Source of the DNA: Geopsychrobacteraceae bacterium
GTDB lineage: Bacteria; Desulfobacterota; Desulfuromonadia; Desulfuromonadales; Geopsychrobacteraceae
NCBI GenBank assembly: GCA_963665685.1
Contig: OY762430.1
Span: 91,838-155,837, forward strand
Direction of reading: 5' to 3'
Length of the DNA stretch: 64,000 nt
Numbering within the stretch: the stretch's first letter is position 1; each line of letters opens with the position of its first letter. A model generated the notes under the pieces. The model worked only from the letters and a program-made list of their open reading frames with translations. It was not told the origin of the DNA and did not search any database. Shown piece by piece: positions 20,086 to 31,005 of this stretch. The position numbers were made by a program, and so were the translations under genes.

Positions 20086-20118
20086 AAAAGGGAAATCCGC
20101 AAGGGTTTCCCTTTTTTT
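20086..20118 (+). terminator. Intrinsic terminator after rpsI
   Basis: AAAAGGGAAATCC-GCAA-GGGTTTCCCTTTT with GNRA loop and T run. Confidence 0.9.
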
Positions 20119-20232
20119 ATCTGTTTAAAGCTTTTATACTTTCTTCATTAGTGGCAGCGTATTTGTTTTTTATCTACCCTTAATAGTTTATAAGGTCTGT
20201 TTTTGCTGCCAATTCAGATGTGGAGTTTTGCT

Positions 20233-21270
20233 ATGATTAATGTTGCAATCGTTGGTGCCAGTGGTTATACCGGAGTCGAGCTTATTCGTCTTTTGGTCAA
20301 TCATCCGCAGGTTAAAATAACCAGTGTTACCTCCCGACAGCATGAGGGCGCTCCGATTAGTGCTGCTTTCCCTTCTTTAAGTGGTTTTTGCGATTTAATC
20401 TGTGAGAGTCTTGATGTGCCGACTATTGCAGCAAAAGCTGATCTGATTTTTACTGCCTTGCCCCATAAATCTGCTATGGAAGTCATTCCTGACTTTCTTG
20501 CCGCTGGTTGTAAGGTTGTTGACCTTTCCGCTGATTACCGGTTACGCGATAAAAATGTTTACGAACAGTGGTATCAGGAACATACAAGTCCTGAGTTATT
20601 AGATGAAGCTGTTTATGGGTTACCAGAAAAATATCGTACTGAGATTGCTCAAGCAAGATTAGTTGCGAATCCTGGTTGTTATCCTACGACCGTCACTCTA
20701 GGCCTTAAGCCTTTGTTAGTGCAGCAGTTGATCGATCCGTCAACGCTGGTAATCGATAGTAAGTCCGGGACGAGCGGTGCTGGCCGTGGGGCTAAGCAGG
20801 GGAGTTTGTTCTGCGAGGTTAATGAAGGATTTAAAGCTTACGGTGTTGCCAGTCACCGTCATACGCCTGAAATTGAGCAGGAATTATCAGCGATCTATGG
20901 TAGTCCGGTACAAATCAATTTTACCCCTCATTTGTTGCCACTTAATCGGGGTATGCTGTCGACCTGCTATGCGAGTGCCCGCGGAGTTAAGGATAGTGCT
21001 CAGTTGATTCAACTGTACAAAGAGCACTATGCTAATGATCCCTTTGTGCGTATTATGCCCGGCGGTGAGCTTCCTAACATCGCCTATGTGCAAGGGACTA
21101 ATTTGTGTGATATCGGTCTCGTTTACGATCAGCGTACTGAACGTGTTATTGTTATTAGTGTTATAGACAATCTGGTTAAAGGTGCGTCAGGGCAAGCTGT
21201 TCAAAATATGAATATCATGTGTGGCTTTGATGAAGTTCTCGGTTTGGGAATATTGCCAACATTTCCTTGA
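20233..21270 (+). CDS. argC: N-acetyl-gamma-glutamyl-phosphate reductase
   Basis: [51 protein letters not shown]. Confidence 0.97.
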   Translation: MINVAIVGASGYTGVELIRLLVNHPQVKITSVTSRQHEGAPISAAFPSLSGFCDLICESLDVPTIAAKADLIFTALPHKSAMEVIPDFLAAGCKVVDLSADYRLRDKNVYEQWYQEHTSPELLDEAVYGLPEKYRTEIAQARLVANPGCYPTTVTLGLKPLLVQQLIDPSTLVIDSKSGTSGAGRGAKQGSLFCEVNEGFKAYGVASHRHTPEIEQELSAIYGSPVQINFTPHLLPLNRGMLSTCYASARGVKDSAQLIQLYKEHYANDPFVRIMPGGELPNIAYVQGTNLCDIGLVYDQRTERVIVISVIDNLVKGASGQAVQNMNIMCGFDEVLGLGILPTFP

Positions 21271-21334
21271 TGTTTAAATTCAGGTCGCCTGATCGGTTCG
21301 GGTGATTTCTTGACTGCATGTGTGGTGGAGTCTT

Positions 21335-23464
21335 ATGTCGCAAACTGGACAGATTATACAAGACTGTCAAATCGTTGAAGAGCTTTCAGCGAATGATGGA
21401 TTTGTTTCCTATCGGGTTACTTGCCCAGACATTGGTTCTTGCCGATTATTGCTTGCACATCCTCAGGCTCGCTTAGCTGTTAAGGGGAATAGTGCTTTTT
21501 TTGAGCGTGCCGAGCAACTTTCTCAATTAGATGTTCCTGGTATTGCCACAGTCCTTGAGGTTGGTTTTTACCAGGAGAGATTAGCTTGTCTGCTGCCTTT
21601 ATGTGATGGCCAACCGCTGTATGATTATATGGCGCAGCAGCGTAGTATAGGTGATGTGCTGTCTCTTGTGCGCGCTCTTGTTGATGCTCTTTCTGTTGTT
21701 CACCAGCGTGGAATGTGTCATGGGAATCTGACCCCGGCACTTATTCTTGTGAATCAACAGCAGCAGCCTGAATTGTGTGATTTTGCCCTGTCTCAACTAT
21801 TTGTTCTTGATTATAACAGTGGCGTAGATCCACGCTATTGTAGCCCGGAGCAGGTGAGGGGAGAAGTCGCTACTCCTGCCTCTGATATTTATAATCTTGG
21901 CTGTATTTTATATCGTCTTCTCAGTGGTAATCCCCCATATCGTGGCAAGAATAATTTTTCCATTGCCACTCGTCATTTAGAGGGAGAGTTTCCTGCTCTG
22001 CCAGAATCTGTCACTAAATGTTCCGATCTTATTAACGCCATGGTGCCATTGATTCCGTCACGGCGTATCACCGCGGTCGAGGTATTAAATTGGATTGATC
22101 GGCTTCTAGGTGATGATGAATTATCAGATATCCTCTGCTGTGAGCCTGAAGATATCTCAATAGTTGAATTTTCTTCATCTTATGAAGAACAGGCAGATTC
22201 TTCTCAGGAGCCTCTATCTTCAATCTCATCCAGAGTCGAAGAGTTGTTGAAAGATCAAAATTTCGTCATGCCTGAACCAGAAGATGACAGTAATGATACG
22301 CTGGATGCTCTTCCTGCCCCTGCCGTGAATCTGCAGCGCCCATCCAGCTCCGGCCTATATCGACGCTACGTTGTTCTGTTGCTGCTAGGCGTAGTTTTAG
22401 GGATGTCCGCTTTTTTAGGTTATTCCTACTGGCAGGATTCTTCCTCGGACTCTTCATCGGCCAGCGTTCCTGTCTTTCCTGTTGCTAGCCTTGATGATGC
22501 TTTGCAGGCATGGGGTAATAAAAAAACAGATGTCGCTGAAGATGGTTTAGAATTATTAATCGCTGAACATCCTGATGATCCTCGTGCTTATAATAATCTC
22601 GCTGCTTTTTACGCTGCTCAAGGAGATTTAGACAATGCCCGTAAACTATTGGAGCGGGGCTTAAGGACCAACACCGAGTACCTTACAATCCATCAGAATC
22701 TTGGTTCTGTCTATGCTGAAATGGCGCGTGAGTCGTACGGTAAAGCATTGCAATTAAATGCTGAGGAACGGACTATTCCGTTGCAGGTCTTTTCCAGTCA
22801 AGGGCTTTTTCTTTTGCAGCGAAAACAGAGTGGTGCCGCAGATGATAGCACTCTCCTTGCTCTTGACGAGGTTCCTTCTTTAAATATTGCTGAGAGCGTG
22901 ATTGAGGCGGGTGAATCCGTTGAGTCTCAGGAGATTAGTGAGCCCTCTCCGGTAGAGACTAGCGCTGAAGGTGATGTCGCCCTGGCTGAGGCAGAACCGA
23001 CTGAGGCTGTTGAAAAAATAGAGAACGTCCCTGAAGAAATCTCTGAACCGAGCCCTGTCGTTAAGCCCCAGGCCGATACTGCTATTGCCCAATCGAAAGA
23101 AGTGGCTACAGATATCATGGTTGAGGTACAGCAGACTCTTGAAAATTGGGCGGCTGCGTGGGCGGATCATGATGTAGAAAGATACCTTTCTTTTTATGCT
23201 GATTCTTTTCGGCCTGCTGGCGGTATAGAAAAGGTTGCATGGGAAAAGCAACGACGTCGCCGTTTGCAGGTTCCCGGTGCTATTCAGATCAGTTTGTCTG
23301 AGATAAATATTGTCGAAGAGGGTAGTGAAGAGATTGTTGTTGAGTTACTGCAGACTTATCAAAGTGAACGTTACAGTGATGTGACCCGTAAGCAATTTGA
23401 GTTGATGAAGTCAGTAGATGGCTTGAAAATTGTTCGTGAGAATGCTTTGGAGATTATGCGTTGA
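21335..23464 (+). CDS. Membrane pseudokinase (Hanks fold, catalytically degenerate) - TM - TPR - acidic linker - NTF2/SnoaL-like (Csd6 C-terminal-like) protein
   Basis: HGNLTPALILV (HRD loop), CDFA (DFG), YCSPEQ (APE), SDIYNLG; TM YVVLLLLGVVLGMSAFLGYSYW; TPR DPRAYNNLAAFYAAQGDLDNARKLL; C-terminal WAAAWADHDVERYLSFYADSF. Confidence 0.8.
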   Translation: MSQTGQIIQDCQIVEELSANDGFVSYRVTCPDIGSCRLLLAHPQARLAVKGNSAFFERAEQLSQLDVPGIATVLEVGFYQERLACLLPLCDGQPLYDYMAQQRSIGDVLSLVRALVDALSVVHQRGMCHGNLTPALILVNQQQQPELCDFALSQLFVLDYNSGVDPRYCSPEQVRGEVATPASDIYNLGCILYRLLSGNPPYRGKNNFSIATRHLEGEFPALPESVTKCSDLINAMVPLIPSRRITAVEVLNWIDRLLGDDELSDILCCEPEDISIVEFSSSYEEQADSSQEPLSSISSRVEELLKDQNFVMPEPEDDSNDTLDALPAPAVNLQRPSSSGLYRRYVVLLLLGVVLGMSAFLGYSYWQDSSSDSSSASVPVFPVASLDDALQAWGNKKTDVAEDGLELLIAEHPDDPRAYNNLAAFYAAQGDLDNARKLLERGLRTNTEYLTIHQNLGSVYAEMARESYGKALQLNAEERTIPLQVFSSQGLFLLQRKQSGAADDSTLLALDEVPSLNIAESVIEAGESVESQEISEPSPVETSAEGDVALAEAEPTEAVEKIENVPEEISEPSPVVKPQADTAIAQSKEVATDIMVEVQQTLENWAAAWADHDVERYLSFYADSFRPAGGIEKVAWEKQRRRRLQVPGAIQISLSEINIVEEGSEEIVVELLQTYQSERYSDVTRKQFELMKSVDGLKIVRENALEIMR

Positions 23465-24795
23465 AGTTGAAACGCTTCATATTTCTATTTTTCTGTGTCG
23501 GGGCTATTGGGCTGAGTGGTGTGAAGGTTAGAGCTCTTTTACCTCAAGAACCCGCTTTGCCGGGTGAATTGCCTTTCGTGAGAGTTGAAGCTTTGAAGGA
23601 TATTTCTGCTTCTGCGAATGATCCTGAAATAGAACCGCTCAATGGGCGTCTGAATGAAAACCCTGATGATTATGAAGCACGCCTTCTTAAGGGGCTGTTG
23701 CTTTTTCAGAAAGGTCTGTTAGGTGAAGCGATTTATGAGCTCGAGGATTTAACTGGCAGGGCACCACGGTTCCAGCTGGCTCATCTTGTGCTAGGGGATT
23801 TGCTTATCGCACGTTATGGGCGCTTTCAGCCATTACAAGCGGATCGCCTTGATATGGAATTAGCAGAGGCAAGTAAAACTCAAATTGCGCATCTGCAAAG
23901 TGAAGCGCGGGCACGCTTGACTGGATATCTATCTTTAGTCGGAAATACTGCCGTCCCTGAAGTTTTGCTGTCTTTGAGTCCCGAAACAAAGTATGCCCTG
24001 GTTGTTGATAAAAGTAAAAATCGTCTTTATGTTTTTAGTAATTCAGGCGCTGGATTACCGCCAACGCTCATTGATCATTTCTATATTGTGCTTGGTAAGG
24101 TTCCTGGGGATAAGCTGAAAGAAGGGGATTTAAAAACCCCAAATGGGGTCTATTTTGTCACCAGTTACCTTGCTGATGAACAATTACCGCCGCTTTATGG
24201 GGCGGGTGCTTTTCCGGTTAATTATCCGAATGAATTCGATCGGCGCCTAAAGAAGACAGGCCGGGGTATCTGGTTGCATGGTACGGATAAATCGTTATAC
24301 AGCCGTCCTCCGCTCGATAGTGAAGGGTGCGTGGTATTAACCAATGACGAATTTGACGAAATTACCCAATACGTAGAAGTTGGACGCACGCCTATTGTTA
24401 TTAGTGATCGTGTTAACTGGATTAGTAGCCAACAGTGGTTGGGTGAAAATATTGAAATTCAGGCGGCTCTTGAAACTTGGCGACAGCGTTGGGAAAGTGC
24501 TGATACCGGACAGTATTTACAATTTTATGCTTCTGATTTCTGGAGCGATGGATATGATCTGACGCATTGGAAGGAGTATAAAAAGCAAGTTTTTGCCGGT
24601 AAAACCTACCAAAAAATTGAGCTGTCCGATTTGTCTCTTTTGGCCTATCCCTTACATGATGATAAGCGACCAATGGTCGTTGCTAATTTTGTTCAGCGTT
24701 ACCGTTCCAATAACTATAACGGTGATATGCGTAAACGGTTGTACCTGGTGAAAGAAGATCGTCATTGGCAGATTCTTTACGAAGGTCCACAGTGA
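23461..24795 (+). CDS. L,D-transpeptidase/carboxypeptidase (YkuD domain) with TPR and NTF2-like C-terminus, Csd6-like
   Basis: Signal peptide; ALVVDKSKNRLYV, EGDLKTPNGVYFV, PVNYPNEFD, GIWLHG...SEGCVVL (His/Cys pair); C-terminal WRQRWESADTGQYLQFYASDF; 4-nt overlap with the upstream gene. Confidence 0.85.
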   Translation: MKLKRFIFLFFCVGAIGLSGVKVRALLPQEPALPGELPFVRVEALKDISASANDPEIEPLNGRLNENPDDYEARLLKGLLLFQKGLLGEAIYELEDLTGRAPRFQLAHLVLGDLLIARYGRFQPLQADRLDMELAEASKTQIAHLQSEARARLTGYLSLVGNTAVPEVLLSLSPETKYALVVDKSKNRLYVFSNSGAGLPPTLIDHFYIVLGKVPGDKLKEGDLKTPNGVYFVTSYLADEQLPPLYGAGAFPVNYPNEFDRRLKKTGRGIWLHGTDKSLYSRPPLDSEGCVVLTNDEFDEITQYVEVGRTPIVISDRVNWISSQQWLGENIEIQAALETWRQRWESADTGQYLQFYASDFWSDGYDLTHWKEYKKQVFAGKTYQKIELSDLSLLAYPLHDDKRPMVVANFVQRYRSNNYNGDMRKRLYLVKEDRHWQILYEGPQ

Positions 24796-24797
24796 TT

Positions 24798-24992
24798 TTA
24801 TAGCGAATCGTTTAGCTGTTGTAATAATAGATCCAGGTTTAGCTGATGATGGGTGGCAATTTCTTCAATGGTTGCAAATAGCATAGAGCAACAAAGACAG
24901 GTTATGGTTTCTTTTTCATACGCTTTAATGACGCCCATAGTCTTGGGAAAATGATCCAGTATATCGAGAAGAATATCGGTTTTCTTTATCAT
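24798..24992 (-). CDS. Small DUF1858-like protein (64 aa) with CxxC-type motif
   Basis: MIKKTDILLDILDHFPKT...TCLCCSMLFATIEEIATHHQLNLDLLLQQLN resembles the DUF1858 pattern; GGAG RBS before ATG at 24992. Confidence 0.62.
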   Translation of the reverse strand: MIKKTDILLDILDHFPKTMGVIKAYEKETITCLCCSMLFATIEEIATHHQLNLDLLLQQLNDSL

Positions 24993-25162
24993 TAAAAGCT
25001 CCCGGTGGGTGAACTGTTCGTTATTCAGATTAGCATGCTGATCTGACCGCACCAAGAGTTGTTTTTTGTTGCCAGCGTTATCTTTTGCACAAGTAAAATA
25101 TTTGACATTGAAGGTCTTCTGTGATCTCCTAGGGCGCTGTTTGAGGGAGATAGAAAGACCAC

Positions 25163-26197
25163 ATGCTGTTAACAGATTTTGACTATGAACTACCTGAAGA
25201 ACTGATTGCCCAGGAACCGTCTTTCTGCCGTGACGGTTCCAGGATGATGGTTCTCAATCGCGCTAATCAACAGGTCTCTTGTACTGATTTTAAAAGTATT
25301 ATTGACTATTTCAGGTCTGGTGATGTGCTGGTTTGTAACGATACCGAAGTTATCCCGGCTCGTTTATTAGGACATAAGGTCACCGGTGGAAAGGTTGAGA
25401 TCTTTCTTGTTCGTCGCGAAGCTGGATGTGACGACGAAACTTGGTTGTGCCTCACTAAAAGTTCTAAAAGTATCCGTTCCGGAACGATTGTTCATATTTC
25501 TGATGGGCTGATGGCTGAAGTTCTTGAAGAGGCAGAAGCTCCATATCGACGGGTGAGATTTGACTGCGCAGGTGATTTCCTGGAACATGTCGATAAAATT
25601 GGCCATTTACCATTGCCTCCATACATTCGCCGGCCAGATGATCCTGCCGATCGAGAACGTTACCAAACCGTATTCGCACGGGAAAAAGGTGCGGTTGCCG
25701 CGCCAACTGCGGGACTTCATTTTACTCCTGAAATTCTGGCTCGTCTGCAGGAAGCTGGCGTTATCCTTGCTCCTTTGACATTGCATGTTGGCCTTGGTAC
25801 CTTTTTGCCCGTCCGAGTCGAAAATGTCCTTGAGCATAAAATGCATACGGAAATTTATCAGGTGCCAGAGCAAACAGCGACCCTGATTAATCAAGCTCAT
25901 GCGCAGGGAAATCGAGTCATCGCTTTGGGAACGACGAGTGCGCGCGCGCTGGAAACTGCGGCAACTCAACCAGGGGTTATAAAAAGCGGTTCCGGGGAGA
26001 GTGATATTTTCATTTATCCTGGCTATCAGTTTAAAATTGTTGATGGGTTGATTACCAATTTTCATCTGCCTAAATCGACCTTATTAATGTTAGTATCGGC
26101 TTTGGCCGGAAAAGAATTCATTTTGTCTGCATATCATCGTGCTGTTAAAGAGCGTTTCCGCTTTTTTAGTTATGGTGACTGTATGCTCATTCAGTAA
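25163..26197 (+). CDS. queA: S-adenosylmethionine:tRNA ribosyltransferase-isomerase
   Basis: DFDYELPEELIAQEP, NDTEVIPARL, LPPYIRR, AVAAPTAGLHFT, TNFHLPKSTL, FFSYGDCMLI. Confidence 0.98.
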   Translation: MLLTDFDYELPEELIAQEPSFCRDGSRMMVLNRANQQVSCTDFKSIIDYFRSGDVLVCNDTEVIPARLLGHKVTGGKVEIFLVRREAGCDDETWLCLTKSSKSIRSGTIVHISDGLMAEVLEEAEAPYRRVRFDCAGDFLEHVDKIGHLPLPPYIRRPDDPADRERYQTVFAREKGAVAAPTAGLHFTPEILARLQEAGVILAPLTLHVGLGTFLPVRVENVLEHKMHTEIYQVPEQTATLINQAHAQGNRVIALGTTSARALETAATQPGVIKSGSGESDIFIYPGYQFKIVDGLITNFHLPKSTLLMLVSALAGKEFILSAYHRAVKERFRFFSYGDCMLIQ

Positions 26198-27328
<1,131 letters not shown>

Positions 27329-27383
27329 TTTGCCCCTTGAAAATTATACTATTCAGTTAATTTCTAACCTTACGGAGGATTTT

Positions 27384-27692
27384 ATGGCAACTGAAGCATT
27401 CGCAATGGCGGGAAATGCCGCAGCTCAGGGACAGGGTGGATATGAAAGCATCATTATGTTGGTGGCAATGTTTGCCATCTTCTACTTCTTACTGATTCGT
27501 CCACAACAAAAACGTGCTAAACAGCATAAAGAATTGATTGGTAATGTTAAAGCCGGTGATACCGTTGTTACTGCTGGTGGTATCCATGGTAAAATTGCTC
27601 ATGTTGACGAGACCACCATCAACCTGGAAGTTGCTACCGGTGTCAAGATCAAGATGAACCGTTCTTCCATCAGCGAAGTAAAGCAATCCTGA
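27384..27692 (+). CDS. yajC: Preprotein translocase subunit YajC
   Basis: FYFLLIRPQQKRAK, GDTVVTAGGIHG; ATG 27384 with GGAGG RBS. Confidence 0.96.
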   Translation: MATEAFAMAGNAAAQGQGGYESIIMLVAMFAIFYFLLIRPQQKRAKQHKELIGNVKAGDTVVTAGGIHGKIAHVDETTINLEVATGVKIKMNRSSISEVKQS

Positions 27693-27751
27693 TAATTGTT
27701 GTCACTTCTACCTGCCGATGTTGCTTGCGTATATAGGGAGATACAACGCAG

Positions 27752-29350
27752 ATGTCCAATAGTCTAAAATTCAGGGGCGTGCTCGTCATCCTCTGCCTGC
27801 TACTGTCAGTTTTTGCCATTGCCCCGACTCTGACAGGCGGTCAGTTACCACAGTGGTGGACGAATACCTTTGGTCCCATTCAGTTGGGTCTTGACCTGCA
27901 AGGTGGTATGCACCTGGTTCTGGGTGTTGATGTTGATAAAGCTGTTGAGAGTCGGGTTGATACCATCATTGACCAGGCTGAAGCTCAATTGCGGGAAAAA
28001 GACATTATCTTTAAGCGGATTGAAAAGCGTCAGGGTGACCGCGTTGTTGTCCTCGTTTACGATGAAGACGAAGGTGCTAAGGTTGATGCCCTTTTTGCTG
28101 ATGATTATCCAGCATTAGAAGCAGAAACCTTTACCGGCACAGGCGGCTATATTGAGAAACATTATCGCTTAAGTGATAATGAAATTACGAATATCGAAGA
28201 TTACGCTGTACGCCAGGCGCTGGAAACCATGCGTAACCGGGTTGACCAGTTCGGGGTGAGTGAACCAACATTGCAGCGTCAGAGTGATAATCGCATTCTG
28301 ATTCAGTTACCAGGTGTTGAGGACCCAGATCGTGCTATCGCACTGTTGGGTAAAACGGCTCGTCTTGAATTTAAAATGGTCGATGAAACCGCTAATGTTC
28401 AGGACGCTGTTGCCGGGAAATTAGCTCCCGGAACACAATTGTTGTATGAGCGTAATGTTAATCGCCAGACTGGCGCAACCACAGAAACACCGATTGTGGT
28501 CGAAGACAAAACAGTTCTGACTGGTGATTTGCTGGCTGACGCTAATGTGCGTATCGATACACGTTTTAACGAACCCTATGTTGCTATCGACTTTAACGCT
28601 GTTGGTGCTAAACGTTTTGATCAGATTACTGCTGCCAATGTCGGTAAGCGTATGGCCATCGTTTTGGATGATACTGTGTACTCAGCACCGGTCATCCGTG
28701 AGCGTATCTCTGGTGGTAGTGCCCAGGTTTCCGGATCTTTCAGCTCACAAGAGGCGACTGATCTGGCGATTGTCTTGCGTGCTGGTTCTTTACCTGCACC
28801 GGTTAAAATCCTCGAAAACAGAACCGTTGGCCCCTCTTTGGGACAAGACTCCATTGACAAGGGAATCAAGTCAATTTGGGTTGGTGCTCTGCTCGTTGTT
28901 ATTGCGATGATTATTTATTACCAGTTCTCAGGTCTGGTTGCTGTTATCGCTCTGATTCTTAATATTCTGTTTATTGCTGCAATGTTGTCCATGTTTGGTG
29001 CGACTCTGACCTTACCCGGGTTGGCTGGTATCGTTTTGACCGTCGGTATGGCGGTTGATGCGAACGTGCTTATTTTTGAGCGTATACGGGAAGAAATTCG
29101 ACTTGGTCGTGCACCTAAGCTGGCCTTGGATTCCGGGTACAGTAAGGCGTTTTTGACCATTATCGATGCTAACTTGACAACCTTGTTGGCTGCTCTGGTA
29201 CTTTTCCAGTTCGGGACCGGTCCGGTTCGCGGGTTCGCTGTAACCTTGTCAATCGGTATCATCGCGTCTCTGTTTACTGCGATTTTTGTCTCCCGAGTTA
29301 TTTTTGACCTTTACCTGAAAGGCCGCGATATCAAGCGGCTGAGTATATAA
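27752..29350 (+). CDS. secD: Protein translocase subunit SecD
   Basis: LGLDLQGG, RNRVDQFGVSEP, LRAGSLPA, GPSLGQDSI, GMAVDANVLIFERIREE. Confidence 0.98.
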   Translation: MSNSLKFRGVLVILCLLLSVFAIAPTLTGGQLPQWWTNTFGPIQLGLDLQGGMHLVLGVDVDKAVESRVDTIIDQAEAQLREKDIIFKRIEKRQGDRVVVLVYDEDEGAKVDALFADDYPALEAETFTGTGGYIEKHYRLSDNEITNIEDYAVRQALETMRNRVDQFGVSEPTLQRQSDNRILIQLPGVEDPDRAIALLGKTARLEFKMVDETANVQDAVAGKLAPGTQLLYERNVNRQTGATTETPIVVEDKTVLTGDLLADANVRIDTRFNEPYVAIDFNAVGAKRFDQITAANVGKRMAIVLDDTVYSAPVIRERISGGSAQVSGSFSSQEATDLAIVLRAGSLPAPVKILENRTVGPSLGQDSIDKGIKSIWVGALLVVIAMIIYYQFSGLVAVIALILNILFIAAMLSMFGATLTLPGLAGIVLTVGMAVDANVLIFERIREEIRLGRAPKLALDSGYSKAFLTIIDANLTTLLAALVLFQFGTGPVRGFAVTLSIGIIASLFTAIFVSRVIFDLYLKGRDIKRLSI

Positions 29351-29366
29351 GAGGAGGCTTAACGGC

Positions 29367-30275
29367 ATGCAGCTGATCAAGCCGGATACTAATATTGATT
29401 TTGTCGGTAAACGTAAAATTGCGTTTATTGTTTCTATTGTTTTGATTGTTGTTGGTTTGCTTTCTTTGCTGGTCAAAGGTGGCCCCGACTATGGCATAGA
29501 TTTCGCTGGAGGAACTCTGGTCCAGGTTCAGTTTACTGATGGAACAGATGCCAGTGACATCAAAGATGCTTTGAAAGGGCTCGACATCGGTTCTCCTATC
29601 GTTCAAAGCTTTGGAGAAGACCAGAATGAGTTCTTGATTCGTGTCGAAAAAACCTCTGCTGAGTTGCAGGGATTATCGGTCCAGATTCAAGATGCTCTTG
29701 AGAAAACTTACGAAAAAGGGAAGGTTTCTATTCGCCGGGTTGAAATGGTTGGCCCTCAGGTTGGAAAAGACCTGCGTAGTAAAGGCCTCAAGGCGATTCT
29801 TTATGCTATGCTTGGCATCCTGATTTATATCAGTTGGCGGTTTGAATTCCGTTTTGCTGTTGGTGCCATCATTGCGTTGGTCCATGATGTGGTCATTACT
29901 CTCGGGGCCTTCAGTGTTTTCGGTAAGGAAATTGATTTGCCGATTATTGCAGCTTTCCTTGCTATTATCGGTTATTCCTTGAACGATACTATTATCGTCT
30001 ACGATCGGATTCGCGAAAATCTTGGTAAGCACAATAAGGAGTCATTTTCCTTCGTTGTCAACCGGAGTATCAACGATACTTTGTCCAGAACTCTTTTGAC
30101 TTCAGGGACAACCTTGTTAGTTGTCCTTGCCCTGTTTGTTCTTGGTGGTGGTGTTATTCACAATTTTGCCTTTGCTATGTTAGTAGGGGTATTAATCGGA
30201 ACCTATTCCTCAATTTTTGTCGCCAGCCCTATTTTGATTCTATGGCAACAAAAGAAATTTGGATTAAAAAAATAG
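29367..30275 (+). CDS. secF: Protein translocase subunit SecF
   Basis: GIDFAGGT, VGPQVGKDL, GYSLNDTIIVYDRIRE, GTYSSIFVASP. Confidence 0.98.
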   Translation: MQLIKPDTNIDFVGKRKIAFIVSIVLIVVGLLSLLVKGGPDYGIDFAGGTLVQVQFTDGTDASDIKDALKGLDIGSPIVQSFGEDQNEFLIRVEKTSAELQGLSVQIQDALEKTYEKGKVSIRRVEMVGPQVGKDLRSKGLKAILYAMLGILIYISWRFEFRFAVGAIIALVHDVVITLGAFSVFGKEIDLPIIAAFLAIIGYSLNDTIIVYDRIRENLGKHNKESFSFVVNRSINDTLSRTLLTSGTTLLVVLALFVLGGGVIHNFAFAMLVGVLIGTYSSIFVASPILILWQQKKFGLKK

Positions 30276-30384
30276 GGTTTTTTCTTTACCGGAAGAACAG
30301 TCAATGGTTACAATTTAAGATATTATCATTGTCTTGCAGGCATCATTGGTTTGGTGCCTGCAATTCTTTTTCCTGAAGAGGTAA

Positions 30385-30960
30385 ATGATGAAAAAAGAAA
30401 CCGTTTTGTTGACTGTGATTGTTCTTATAGTTGGTGTTCTTGTCGGTATTATCTACTCAAACTGGCGTAAAGATTCTGCCTCTACCTCGTCTACTCTACA
30501 GTCCCCGCCTCCTGCGGTTGTCAATTACGACCAAAAGATAACTACGCTCGAAGGGATTGTTGCTAAAGAACCTGAAAACCGTAATGCCTGGGTTCAGCTT
30601 GGCCATAATTTTTTCGATTCCGACCAACCAATGAAAGCAATAGATGCCTACCAAAAGGCACTTGATCTTAATGATCAGGATCCGAATATTCTTACTGATC
30701 AGGGTGTTATGTTTCGACGTGTGGGTTGGTATGATAAAGCGATAAATAATTTCACTAAGGCTTCCGCCATCAATCCATCCCATCAACAGAGCCTTTATAA
30801 TCTAGGGATTGTTTATCGCTATGATCTTAAGGATTTTAAAAAAGCACTGCTGGCTTGGGAAAAGCTTCTTGACCTAAATCCTTCAGCTCCTGGAGCTGAT
30901 CAACTTCGCCAGGAGATTTCTTTTCTAAAGAATCATCCTGAACCTTCGACGCCACAATAA
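30385..30960 (+). CDS. Membrane-anchored tetratricopeptide repeat protein
   Basis: N-terminal TM helix followed by several TPR motifs (NAWVQLGHNFF, NILTDQGVMFRR, QSLYNLGIVYRY). Confidence 0.85.
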   Translation: MMKKETVLLTVIVLIVGVLVGIIYSNWRKDSASTSSTLQSPPPAVVNYDQKITTLEGIVAKEPENRNAWVQLGHNFFDSDQPMKAIDAYQKALDLNDQDPNILTDQGVMFRRVGWYDKAINNFTKASAINPSHQQSLYNLGIVYRYDLKDFKKALLAWEKLLDLNPSAPGADQLRQEISFLKNHPEPSTPQ

Positions 30961-31005
30961 GTTCTTCTGTGGTATCTGCCTTTCGTCTTTTGTCGGTTTA
31001 TAATT

